NCBI RefSeq assembly: GCF_009914755.1
Contig: NC_060940.1
Length of the DNA: 64,000 nt
Reading direction: 5' to 3' (one strand)
DNA from: the human T2T-CHM13v2.0 reference genome, Homo sapiens
In this document: positions 43,301 to 56,500 of the stretch, in pieces
How positions within the stretch are numbered: position 1 is the first letter of the stretch
Layout of the letters: the number at the start of each line of letters is the position of its first letter
The notes under the pieces: generated by a model
What the model was told of the DNA's origin: nothing
Database searches by the model: none
Seen by the model: only the letters and a program-made list of their open reading frames with translations
Made by a program: the position numbers and the translations under genes

Positions 43301-46300
43301 ATTCCATTCGAGTCCATTTGATCATTCCGGTAGGGTCCATTCGATGTTGATTCCATTGGAGTGCATTCGATGATTCCATTCGAGTCCATTTTAGGATTTG
43401 ATTCGAGTCCTTTCGATGATTCCATTCGATTCCACTCGATGATGATTTCATTCGAGTCCATTCGACACTTCCAATCGATTCCATTTGATGTTTCCATTCG
43501 ATTCCAATGGATGATTCCATTCAATTCCATTCGATGATGATTCCGTACGATTCCATTCTGTGATGATTCCATGTGATTGCATTCAATGATGATTCCTTTC
43601 GATTGCATTCGATTATGATTCATTTCGTGTTCATTCTATGGTTCCACAGGTTTCCATTCGATGATGTTTCCATTCGTGTCCATTCCATTATTCCTTTCTA
43701 TTCCATTTGAAGATGATTCCATTCGATTCCATTCATTGGTGATTCCACTCAATTCCATTCAATGATTCCATTCCATTTCTTTCAACAATGATTCCATTAG
43801 TTTCTATTCGATGATCCACTTGATTCCATTTGACGATGATTCCATTCGTGTCCATTCGATGATTCCATTTGATTCCATATGATGATGATTCCATTCGATT
43901 CCATACGATGATGATTCCATTCGAGTCCATTCAATGGTGATTCCATTCAATTCCATTCGATGATTCCTTTCGATTCCATTCAATGATGATGGCATTCGAT
44001 TCCTTTCGATCATTCCCTTTGATTCCATTCAAAGGTGATTTCATTCAAGTCCATTCGATAATTGCATTCGATTCCATTCTATGATGATTCCATTCGAGTC
44101 CATTCGATGAATCCATTCGAGTCCATTTAATGATTCCATTGGGTTCAATTCAATGATGATTACATTGGATTCCGTTCTATGATTCCATTCAATTCCGTTC
44201 ATTGACAATTTGATTCCATTCGATGATGATTCCATTTGAGTTCATTCGATGATTCTATTTGATTCTCTTCGATGGTGATTCAATTCTATTATATTGGATG
44301 ATTCCATTCGATTCCATTTGATGTTGATTCAATTCGATTCTATTCGATGATGATTCCATTGGATTTCACTTGATGATTCTATTCGATTCCATTCAATGAT
44401 GATTCACTTCTCGTCCATTGGATGATTCCATTTCATTCCATTCGATGATGATTCCATTCGATTCCATTTGATGATTCCATTTGATTCCATGTGTCGGTGA
44501 GCAATTCGATTCAATTCCATGATGATTCTATTTGATTCAATTAGATGATGTTTCCATTCGAATCCATTCCATGATTATTCCATTGGAATCCATTCGGCGA
44601 TGATTCCATATGAGTCAATTCAATGATGATTCCATATGGGTCCGTTCGATGATAATTCCATTTGATTTCATTCGGTGCTTCTATTCAATTCCAGTCGATG
44701 ATGATTCCGTTGGAGTCCATACGATGATTCCATTTGATTTCATTTGATGATGATTCCATTCGATGATGATTACATTGGATTCCATTCTATGATTCCATTC
44801 AATTCCATTCGTTGATGATTCGATTCCATTCAATGATGATTCCATTTGAGTTCATTCGATGATTCTATTCGATTCCATTCGATGGTGATTCAATTCTCTT
44901 ATATTGGATGAATCCACTCGATTCCATTTGATGATTATTCCATTGGAGTCCACTTAGTGAATCCTTCAGATTCTACTCGAAGATGATTCCATTCCAGTCC
45001 ATTCGATGATACCATTCAATTCCATTCGTTGATGCTTCCATTCAAGTGCATTCGATGATATCATTCGATTCCATTTGATGATAATTCCATTTGATTCCAT
45101 GCGATGATTCTATTCGATTCCATTCAATGATAATTCCATTCAGTTCAGTGATTCCTCTGGACTCCATTTGATGATGATTCCATTCAATGATTCCATTCGA
45201 TTCTATTCGAAAATGATTCCATTTGAATCCATTTGATGATGATTCCATTAGATTCCATTTGATGATTCCATTCGATTCCATGCGACGATGATTCCATTCG
45301 ATTCCATTTGATGATTCCATTCTATTCTATTCGATGATGATTCCATTCGATTCCATTCGATGATGATTGGATTTGATTCCATTTGATGATTTCATTTGAT
45401 TCCATTCGTTAATGATTTCGATCAATTCCATTCGATGATTCCATTCGATTCCATTCGATAATGATTACATCCGTGTCCATTCAATGATTCCATTTGAGCC
45501 TGTTCGATAATTCCATTTGATTCCAACCAATGATTCCATTCATTTCCATTCAATGATTCCATTCGAGTCCATTTGATCATTCCGGTAGGGTCCATTCGAT
45601 GTTGATTCCATTGGAGTGCATTCGATGATTCCATTCGAGTCCATTTTAGGATTTGATTCGAGTCCTTTCGATGATTCCATTCGATTCCACTCGATGATGA
45701 TTTCATTCGAGTCCATTCGACACTTCCAATCGATTCCATTTGATGTTTCCATTCGATTCCAATTGATGATTCCATTCAATTCCATTCGATGATGATTCCG
45801 TACGATTCCATTCTGTGATGATTCCATGTGATTGCATTCAATGATGATTCCTTTCGATTGCATTCGATTATGATTCATTTCGTGTTCATTCTATGGTTCC
45901 ACAGGTTTCCATTCGATGATGTTTCCATTCGTGTCCATTCCATTATTCCTTTCTATTCCATTTGAAGATGATTCCATTCGATTCCATTCATTGGTGATTC
46001 CACTCAATTCCATTCAATGATTCCATTCCATTTCTTTCAACAATGATTCCATTAGTTTCTATTCGATGATCCACTTGATTCCATTTGACGATGATTCCAT
46101 TCGTGTCCATTCGATGATTCCATTTGATTCCATATGATGATGATTCCATTCGATTCCATACGATGATGATTCCATTCGAGTCCATTCAATGGTGATTCCA
46201 TTCAATTCCATTCGATGATTCCTTTCGATTCCATTCAATGATGATGGCATTCGATTCCTTTCGATCATTCCCTTTGATTCCATTCAAAGGTGATTTCATT

Positions 46301-49300
46301 CAAGTCCATTCGATAATTGCATTCGATTCCATTCTATGATGATTCCATTCGAGTCCATTCGATGATTCCATTCGAGTCCATTTAATGATTCCATTGGGTT
46401 CAATTCAATGATGATTACATTGGATTCCGTTCTATGATTCCATTCAATTCCGTTCATTGACAATTTGATTCCATTCGATGATGATTCCATTTGAGTTCAT
46501 TCGATGATTCTATTTGATTCTCTTCGATGGTGATTCAATTCTATTATATTGGATGATTCCATTCGATTCCATTTGATGTTGATTCAATTCGATTCTATTC
46601 GATGATGATTCCATTGGATTTCACTTGATGATTCTATTCGATTCCATTCAATGATGATTCACTTCTCGTCCATTGGATGATTCCATTTCATTCCATTCGA
46701 TGATGATTCCATTCGATTCCATTCGATGATTCCATTTGATTCCATGCGTCGGTGAGCAATTCGATTCAATTCCATGATGATTCTATTTGATTCAATTAGA
46801 TGATGTTTCCATTCGAATCCATTCCATGATTATTCCATTGGAATCCATTCGGCGATGATTCCATATGAGTCAATTCAATGATGATTCCATATGGGTCCGT
46901 TCGATGATAATTCCATTTGATTTCATTCGGTGCTTCTATTCAATTCCAGTCGATGATGATTCCGTTGGAGTCCATACGATGATTCCATTTGATTTCATTT
47001 GATGATGATTCCATTCGATGATGATTACATTGGATTCCATTCTATGATTCCATTCAATTCCATTCGTTGATGATTCGATTCCATTCAATGATGATTCCAT
47101 TTGAGTTCATTCGATGATTCTATTCGATTCCGTTCGATGGTGATTCAATTCTCTTATATTGGATGAATCCACTCGATTCCATTTGATGATTATTCCATTG
47201 GAGTCCACTTAGTGAATCCTTCAGATTCTACTCGAAGATGATTCCATTCCAGTCCATTCGATGATACCATTCAATTCCATTCGTTGATGCTTCCATTCAA
47301 GTGCATTCGATGATATCATTCGATTCCATTTGATGATAATTCCATTTGATTCCATGCGATGATTCTATTCGATTCCATTCAATGATAATTCCATTCAGTT
47401 CAGTGATTCCTCTGGACTCCATTTGATGATGATTCCATTCAATGATTCCATTCGATTCTATTCGAAAATGATTCCATTTGAATCCATTTGATGATGATTC
47501 CATTAGATTCCATTTGATGATTCCATTCGATTCCATGCGACGATGATTCCATTCGATTCCATTTGATGATTCCATTCTATTCTATTCGATGATGATTCCA
47601 TTCGATTCCATTCGATGATGATTGGATTTGATTCCATTTGATGATTTCATTTGATTCCATTCGTTAATGATTTCGATCAATTCCATTCGATGATTCCATT
47701 CGATTCCATTCGATAATGATTACATCCGTGTCCATTCAATGATTCCATTTGAGCCTGTTCGATAATTCCATTTGATTCCAACCAATGATTCCATTCATTT
47801 CCATTCAATGATTCCATTCGAGTCCATTTGATCATTCCGGTAGGGTCCATTCGATGTTGATTCCATTGGAGTGCATTCGATGATTCCATTCGAGTCCATT
47901 TTAGGATTTGATTCGAGTCCTTTCGATGATTCCATTCGATTCCACTCGATGATGATTTCATTCGAGTCCATTCGACACTTCCAATCGATTCCATTTGATG
48001 TTTCCATTCGATTCCAATTGATGATTCCATTCAATTCCATTCGATGATGATTCCGTACGATTCCATTCTGTGATGATTCCATGTGATTGCATTCAATGAT
48101 GATTCCTTTCGATTGCATTCGATTATGATTCATTTCGTGTTCATTCTATGGTTCCACAGGTTTCCATTCGATGATGTTTCCATTCGTGTCCATTCCATTA
48201 TTCCTTTCTATTCCATTTGAAGATGATTCCATTCGATTCCATTCATTGGTGATTCCACTCAATTCCATTCAATGATTCCATTCCATTTCTTTCAACAATG
48301 ATTCCATTAGTTTCTATTCGATGATCCACTTGATTCCATTTGACGATGATTCCATTCGTGTCCATTCGATGATTCCATTTGATTCCATATGATGATGATT
48401 CCATTCGATTCCATACGATGATGATTCCATTCGAGTCCATTCAATGGTGATTCCATTCAATTCCATTCGATGATTCCTTTCGATTCCATTCAATGATGAT
48501 GGCATTCGATTCCTTTCGATCATTCCCTTTGATTCCATTCAAAGGTGATTTCATTCAAGTCCATTCGATAATTGCATTCGATTCCATTCTATGATGATTC
48601 CATTCGAGTCCATTCGATGATTCCATTCGAGTCCATTTAATGATTCCATTGGGTTCAATTCAATGATGATTACATTGGATTCCGTTCTATGATTCCATTC
48701 AATTCCGTTCATTGACAATTTGATTCCATTCGATGATGATTCCATTTGAGTTCATTCGATGATTCTATTTGATTCTCTTCGATGGTGATTCAATTCTATT
48801 ATATTGGATGATTCCATTCGATTCCATTTGATGTTGATTCAATTCGATTCTATTCGATGATGATTCCATTGGATTTCACTTGATGATTCTATTCGATTCC
48901 ATTCAATGATGATTCACTTCTCGTCCATTGGATGATTCCATTTCATTCCATTCGATGATGATTCCATTCGATTCCATTTGATGATTCCATTTGATTCCAT
49001 GTGTCGGTGAGCAATTCGATTCAATTCCATGATGATTCTATTTGATTCAATTAGATGATGTTTCCATTCGAATCCATTCCATGATTATTCCATTGGAATC
49101 CATTCGGCGATGATTCCATATGAGTCAATTCAATGATGATTCCATATGGGTCCGTTCGATGATAATTCCATTTGATTTCATTCGGTGCTTCTATTCAATT
49201 CCAGTCGATGATGATTCCGTTGGAGTCCATACGATGATTCCATTTGATTTCATTTGATGATGATTCCATTCGATGATGATTACATTGGATTCCAGTCTAT

Positions 49301-50845
49301 GATTCCATTCAATTCCATTCGTTGATGATTCGATTCCATTCAATGATGATTCCATTTGAGTTCATTCGATGATTCTATTCGATTCCGTTCGATGGTGATT
49401 CAATTCTCTTATATTGGATGAATCCACTCGATTCCTTTTGATGATTATTCCATTGGAGTCCACTTAGTGAATCCTTCAGATTCTACTCGAAGATGATTCC
49501 ATTCCAGTCCATTCGATGATACCATTCAATTCCATTCGTTGATGCTTCCATTCAAGTGCATTCGATGATATCATTCGATTCCATTTGATGATAATTCCAT
49601 TTGATTCCATGCGATGATTCTATTCGATTCCATTCAATGATAATTCCATTCAGTTCAGTGATTCCTCTGGACTCCATTTGATGATGATTCCATTCAATGA
49701 TTCCATTCGATTCTATTCGAAAATGATTCCATTTGAATCCATTTGATGATGATTCCATTAGATTCCATTTGATGATTCCATTCGATTCCATGCGACGATG
49801 ATTCCATTCGATTCCATTTGATGATTCCATTCTATTCTATTCGATGATGATTCCATTCGATTCCATTCGATGATGATTGGATTTGATTCCATTTGATGAT
49901 TTCATTTGATTCCATTCGTTAATGATTTTGATCAATTCCATTCGATGATTCCATTCGATTCCATTCGATAATGATTACATCCGTGTCCATTCAATGATTC
50001 CATTTGAGCCTGTTCGATAATTCCATTTGAGTCCAACCAATGATTCCATTCATTTCCATTCAATGATTCCATTCGAGTCCATTTGACCATTCCGGTAGGG
50101 TCCATTCGATGTTGATTCCATTGGAGTGCATTCGATGATTCCATTCGAGTCCATTTTATGATTTGATTCGAGTCCTTTCGATGATTCCATTCGATTCCAC
50201 TCAATGATGATTTCATTCGAGTCCATTCGACACTTCCAATCGATTCCATTTGATGTTTCCATTCGAGTCCAATTGATGATTCCATTCAATTCCATTCGAT
50301 GATGATTCCGTACGATTCCATTCTGTGATGATTCCATGTGATTGCATTCAATGATGATTCCTTTAGATTGCATTCGATTGTGATTCATTTCGTCTTCATT
50401 CTATGGTTCCACAGGCTTCCATTCGATGACGTTTCCATTCGTGTCCATTCCATTATTCCATTCTATTTCATTTGATGATGATTCCATTCGATTCCATTCA
50501 TTGGTGATTCCACTCAATTCCATTCAATGATTCCATTCCATTTCTTTCAACAATGATTCCATTAGTTTCTATTCGATGATCCACTTGATTCCATTTGGCG
50601 ATGATTCCATTCGTGTCCATTCGATGATTCCATTTGATTCCATATGATGATGATTCCATTCGATTCCATACCATGATGATTCCATTCGAGTCCATTCAAT
50701 GGTGATTCCATTCAATTCCATTCGATGATTCCTTCCGATTCCATTCGATGATGATGGCATTCGATTCCTTTCAATCATTCCCTTTGATTCCATTCAAAGG
50801 TGATTTCATTCAAGTCCATTCGATAATTGCATTCGATTCCATTCT
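37316..50845 (+). repeat. Six near-identical tandem copies of a 2255-bp unit
   Basis: A novel junction ATTGCATTCGATTCCATTCT-ATGATGATTCCATTCGAGTCCATT-CGATGA...GGGTTCAATT occurs at 39571, 41826, 44081, 46336 and 48591. ORF sets repeat at exactly 2255 bp. Confidence 0.93.
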
Positions 50846-51715
50846 ATGATGATTCCATTCGAGTCCATTTGATGATTCCATTCAATTCAAGTCAATGATG
50901 ATTCCATTCGATTCCACTCGATGATTCCATTGGATTCCATTCGATGATGATTCCATTCAAATCCATTCGATAATTCAATTCAAGTCCATTCGATGATGAT
51001 TCCAATCGAATCCATTCAAAGATTCCATTCAATTCCATTCGATGATGATTCCCTTAGATTCCATTCGATGATTCCACTTGATTCCATTTACGATGATTCC
51101 ATTCGATTCCATGTGATGAATCCATTCAATTCTATTCAATGATGTTTCCATTTGATTCCATTGGACCATGATTGCCTTTGATTCCATTCAATGATTCCAT
51201 TCGGTTCCATTTGATGATGATTCCGTTCGATTCCATTTCATTATTCCATTTGATTCCATTGGATGAGTCCATTCGATTACATTCGATGATTATTCCATTC
51301 GAGTGCATTAGATGATTGCATTCGAGTCCATTCGATGATTCCATTCGATTCCATTCGATGTTGATTCTGTTCAAATCCATTCGATGATTCCACTCGATTC
51401 CATTCGATGACTCCATTTGATCCCATTCGATGATTTCCTGTGATTCCCTTTGATGATCATTCTATTTGATTCAATTCGGTGATTTCATTTCATTCCATTC
51501 AGTGATGTTTCCATTCGACTGTATTCGATGATGATTCCATTCGACTCCATTCGATTATGATTTCATTCAATTCCATTCAATAATGATTCCCTTCGAGTCC
51601 ATTCGATGATTCCATTCGATTCCATTCAACGATGATTTGATTCGTTTCCATTCGATGATTCCATTTGATTCCACTTGATGATGATTCCATTCGAGTCCAT
51701 TTGATGATTCCATTC

Positions 51716-53546
51716 GAGTCTATTTATGTATTATATTCGTGTCCACTTCATGATTCCATTCAATTCCATTTAATGTTGATTCCATTTGATTCCATTTGAT
51801 GATTCAGTTCGATTCCTTGCAATGATTCCCTACGATTCCTTTCTATGATGATTCCATTCGATTCCATTCATTGATGATTTCATTCGACTCCATTCGATGA
51901 TGATTCCTTTCGATTCCATTTGACGATGTTTCCATTCGAGTCCATTCGATGATGATTCTATTCAATTCTTTTCTATTATGATTCCATTCGATTTCATTCA
52001 ATGCTTCTATTTGATTCCATTCGATGATGATTCCATCTCTTTCCCTTCGATGATTCCATTTGATTCCATTCAGTGATGATTCCATTTGATTCCATCTGAT
52101 GATGATTTCACTTGATTCCTTTCAATGATGATTCAATTCAAGTCCATTCGATGATTCCATTGGAGTCCAAACGATCATTCCGTTCGATTCCATTCAATGG
52201 TGATTCCATTCATGTCCATTCGATGAATCCATTCAATTCCATTCGATGATGACTCCATTCGAGTACATTCGATGATTCCATTTGATTCCATTTGAAGATG
52301 ATTCCATTCAATTCCATTCGAAGATGATTCCATTCAATTCCATTCGATGATGATTCCGTATGAATCCATTCTCTGATTATTCCATTCGATTCCATTCATT
52401 GACGATTCCATTCAATTCCATTCAATGATGATTCTCTTCTATTCCATTCGATGATTCCGGTCGATTCCATTCGATGATGATTCCATTAGATTCCATTCGA
52501 TTGTTGCATTCGATTCCCTTCGATGATGATTCCTTTGAATTCCATTCGATTATCATTCCGTATGAATCCATTTGATGATTATTCCATTGGATTCCTTTCG
52601 ATGATGATTCCATTCGATTCCATTTGATGATGTTTCTCTTGTATTCCATTGGATAATTCCTTTCAGTTCCCTTCGATGATTATTCTTTCGAGTCAATTCG
52701 ATGATTCTATTCCATTCCCTTCGATGATGATTCCATTTCACTCCATTTGATGATTCCATTCGACTCAATTTGGTGATGATTCAATTCGATGACATTCGAT
52801 GACTCCATTCAATTTCATTTGATGATGATTACATTCGAGTCCATTTGATGATTGTATTCCTTTCCTTTTGATGATTATTCCATTCGTGTCTATTCAAAGG
52901 TTCCATTCTATTCCATTCAATGATGATTGCATTTGATTCCATTCAATGATTATGGCTATCGATTCCACTCGTTGATTCCATTTGATTCCGTTCGATGATT
53001 ATTCCGTTAGATTCCATTAGAAGATTCCATTCGATTTTATTCAATGATTCCAATGGATTCCATTCAATGATGATTCCATTCGACTCCATTCAGTGATTCC
53101 ATTCGAGTCCATTTGATGATTCCATTCTTTTCCATTTGATGATGATTCCATTAGGGTCCATTCAATGATTCCATTCGAGTCCATTCGTTAATGCCTTTCG
53201 AGTCCTTTTGATCACTACATTCGAGTCCATTCAATGATTCTATTCGATTCCATTCCATGATGATTCCATTCGAGTTCATTCGATGATTGCATTCGAGTCC
53301 ATTTGATGATTCCATATGATTCCCTTCGACAATGATTCCATTCGTGTCCATTTGATGATTCCATTCATTTCCTATCGATGAAGATTCCATTCAAGTGTAT
53401 TCGATGATTCCATTCAAATCCATTCGATGATGATTCCATTCCAGTCCATTCGATCATTCCACTTGATTCCATTTGATGACTATTCCATTCAAATCCATTT
53501 GATGATTCCATTCGATTCCATTCGATGTCACCATTCGAGTATATAC
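51716..53546 (+). repeat. C-specific ~1.83-kb HSat2 segment (copy 3)
   Basis: Same markers as 14977-16807 at offset 36739. Confidence 0.85.
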
Positions 53547-56500
53547 GATGATTCCACTCGATTCCATTTGATGATTATTCCATTGGAGTCCACTTAGTGA
53601 ATCCTTTAGATTCTACTGGAAGATGATTCCATTCGAGTTCATTCGATGATACCATTCAATTCCATTCGTTGATGCTTCCATTCAAGTGCATTCGATGATA
53701 TCATTCGATTCCATTTGATGATAATTCCATTTGATTCCATGCGATGATTCTATTCGATTCCATTCAATAATAATTCCATTCAATTCAGTGATTCCTCTGG
53801 ACTCCATTTGATGATGATTCCATTCAATGATTCCTTTCGATTCTATTCGAAAATGATTCCATTTGAATCCATTCGATGATGATTCCATTCGATTCCTTTT
53901 GATGATTCCATTCTATTGTATTCGATGATGATTCCATTCGATTCCATTCGATGATGATTGGATTCGATTCCATTTGATGATTTCATTTGATTCCATTCGA
54001 TAATGATTTCGATCAATTCCATTCGATGATTCCATTCGATTCCATTCGATAATGATTACATCCGAGTCCATTCGATGATTCCATTTGAGCCCGTTCGATA
54101 ATTCCATTTGAGTCCAATCAATGATTCCATTCATTTCCATTCAATGATTCCATTCGAGTCCATTTGATCATTCCGGTAGGGTCCGTTCGATGTTGATTCC
54201 ATTGGAGTGCATTCGATGATTCCATTCGAGTCCATTTTAGGATTTGATTCGAGTCCTTTCGATGATTCCATTCGATTCCACTCGATGATTTCATTCGAGT
54301 CCATTCGACACTTCCAATCGATTCCATTTGATGATTCCATTCGAGTCCAATTGATGATTCCATTCAATTCCATTCGATGATGATTCCGTACGATTCCATT
54401 CTGTGATGATTCCATGTGATTGCATTCAATGATGATTCCTTTCGATTGCATTCGATTATGATTCATTTCGTGTTCATTCTATGGTTCCACAGGTTTCCAT
54501 TCGATGATGTTTCCATTCGTGTCCATTCCATTATTCCATTCTATTCCATTTGAAGATGATTCCATTCGATTCCATTCATTGGTGATTCCACTCAATTCCA
54601 TTCAATGATTCCATTCCATTTCTTTCAACAATGATTCCATTAGTTTCTATTCGATGATCCACTTGATTCCATTTGACGATGATTCCATTCGTGTCCATTC
54701 GATGATTCCATTTGATTCCATATGATGATGATTCCATTCGATTCCATACGATGATGATTCCATTCGAGTCCATTCAATGGTGATTCCATTCAATTCCATT
54801 CGATGATTCCTTTCGATTCCATTCAATGATGATGGCATTCGATTCCTTTCGATCATTCCCTTTGATTCCATTCAAAGGTGATTTCATTCAAGTCCATTCG
54901 ATAATTGCATTCGATTCCATTCTATGATGATTCCATTCGAGTCCATTTGATGATTCCATTCAATTCAAGTCAATGATGATTCCATTCGATTCCACTCGAT
55001 GATTCCATTGGATTCCATTCGATGATGATTCCATTCAAATCCATTCGATAATTCAATTCAAGTCCATTCGATGATGATTCCAATCGAATCCATTCAAAGA
55101 TTCCACTCAATTCCATTCGATGATGATTCCCTTAGATTCCATTCGATGATTCCACTTGATTCCATTTACGATGATTCCATTCGATTCCATGTGATGATTC
55201 CATTCAATTCTATTCAATGATGTTTCCACTTGATTCCATTCGAACATGATTGCCTTTGATTCCATTCAATGATTCCATACGGTTCCATTTGATGATGATT
55301 CCATTGGAGTGCATTAGATGATTCCATCCGAGTCCATTTGATGATTCCATTCGATTCCATTCGATGTTGATTCTGTTCAAATCCATTCGATGATTCCACT
55401 CGATTCCATTCGATGACTCCATTTGATCCCATTCGATGATTTCCTTTGATTCCCTTTGATGATCATTCCATTTGATTCAATTCGGTGATTTCATTTGATT
55501 CCATTCAGTGATGTTTCCATTCAACTCCTTTCGATGATGATTCCATTCGACTCCATTCGATTATGACTTCATTCAATTCCATTCGATAATGATTCCCTTC
55601 AAGTCCATTCGATGATTCCATTCGATTCCATTCAACGATGATTTGATTCGTGTCCATTCGATGATTCCATTTGATTCCATTTGATGATGATTCCATTCGA
55701 GTCCCTTTGATGATTCCATTCAATTCCATTCTCCGATGATTTCTTTTGAGCCCATTCAATGCTTCCACTCGATTCCATATGATGATGACTCCATTTGATG
55801 AAATTCCATGATGATTCCATTCGCTTGCATTCGATGATGATTCCACTTGAGTCCGTTAGAAGATTCTATTCAATTACATTCCATGACGATTCTGTTCGAG
55901 TCCATTTGATGATTCCATTAGACTCCATTCGACGATGATTCCATTCGATGTTATTCGATGATGATTCCATTCAACTCCATTCGATGTTTCCATTCGAGGT
56001 CATTCTATTATTCCATTAGATTCCATTCGATGATGATTCCATTCGATTCCATTTGATGATTGCATTCTATTTCATTTGATGATGATTCCATTCGAGTCCA
56101 TTCGATGATTCCATTCGAGTCTATTTAATGAATCCATTGGTTTCAATTCTATGATGATTACATTGGATTCCATTCGTTGATGATTTCATTCGATTCCATT
56201 CAATGATGATTCCATTCAATTCCATTCAATGATTCCATTCAATTCCATACGATGATGATTCCATTTGATTTGATTCGACAGTGAGCCATTCGATTCAATT
56301 CCATGATGATTCTATTTTATTCAATTGGTTGACATTTCCATTCGATTCCATTCGATGATGATTCCCTTTGATTCCATTCAAAGCTGATTCCATTCTAGCC
56401 CATTCAATCATTCCATTCGATTCTATTCAATGATGATTCCATTCATGTCGATTTGGTGATTCCATTTGACTTCATTTGATGATGATTCTTGTCAAGTTCA

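Larger units (their letters stand above)
32939..53546 (+). repeat. 20,608-bp variant super-repeat copy 3: A with 650-bp deletion, 2255-bp tandem array, then C
   Basis: Marker at 33074, 38277, 40532, 42787, 45042, 47297, 49552, 53682 gives spacings of 5203, 5 x 2255 and 4130. Confidence 0.9.

Noticed and set aside
37316-50845. 2255-bp array as a mobile element or pure assembly artefact
   Set aside because: It has no terminal repeats, target-site duplication or coding capacity. Copies carry distinct, hierarchically shared variants, which argues against artefact, although read-level confirmation is still needed.
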